From NCBI GenBank assembly GCA_951406725.2, contig OX597823.1, forward strand, positions 69,440,001-69,504,000: 64,000 nucleotides of DNA, in the 5' to 3' direction. Below the pieces are notes generated by a model. It was not told the DNA's origin. It was given only the letters and a program-made list of their open reading frames with translations, and did no database searches. Positions 63,889-64,000 of this stretch are shown here, one piece after another. The position numbers were made by a program, and so were the translations under genes. The stretch's first letter is position 1. Every line of letters starts with the position of its first letter. Source of the stretch: Octopus vulgaris (taxonomy: Eukaryota).

Positions 63889-63895
63889 CATATAA

Positions 63896-63926
<31 letters not shown>

Positions 63927-63930
63927 TTAA

Positions 63931-63987
<57 letters not shown>

Positions 63988-64000
63988 TATATATGTATAT

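Overview
This is an AT-rich, microsatellite-dense animal genomic window. The tRNA-derived SINE families and (TA)n/(CA)n/(GATA)n density look like Octopus/cephalopod DNA, which is an inference. There is no convincing multi-exon host gene, only one candidate exon. The window is dominated by mobile DNA: (1) a very young, apparently intact Penelope-like retroelement (PLE; RT + GIY-YIG, Neptune-type Cys linker) at 20176-27826, with pseudo-LTRs, a 2.9-kb inverted arm and three minimal hammerhead ribozymes, inserted in a (TA)n tract; (2) a second, diverged and inactivated PLE family at 34340-38205; (3) decayed mariner and maT-like DNA transposons, a CR1-like and an R4/Dong-like LINE 3' fragment, and many SINEs. 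Three observations stand out. Both PLE families carry a homologous upstream ORF1, joined to an ATG-less RT-EN frame through a conserved CAT-TTT-TT(T/A) -1 slippery site. An inverted-repeat element at 40171-40837 contains a complete hammerhead core whose three strands are in a non-circularly permuted order. The PLE ends share a tail-plus-(AT)n geometry that suggests microsatellite targeting. All structural calls were made by eye; nothing was computed or searched.
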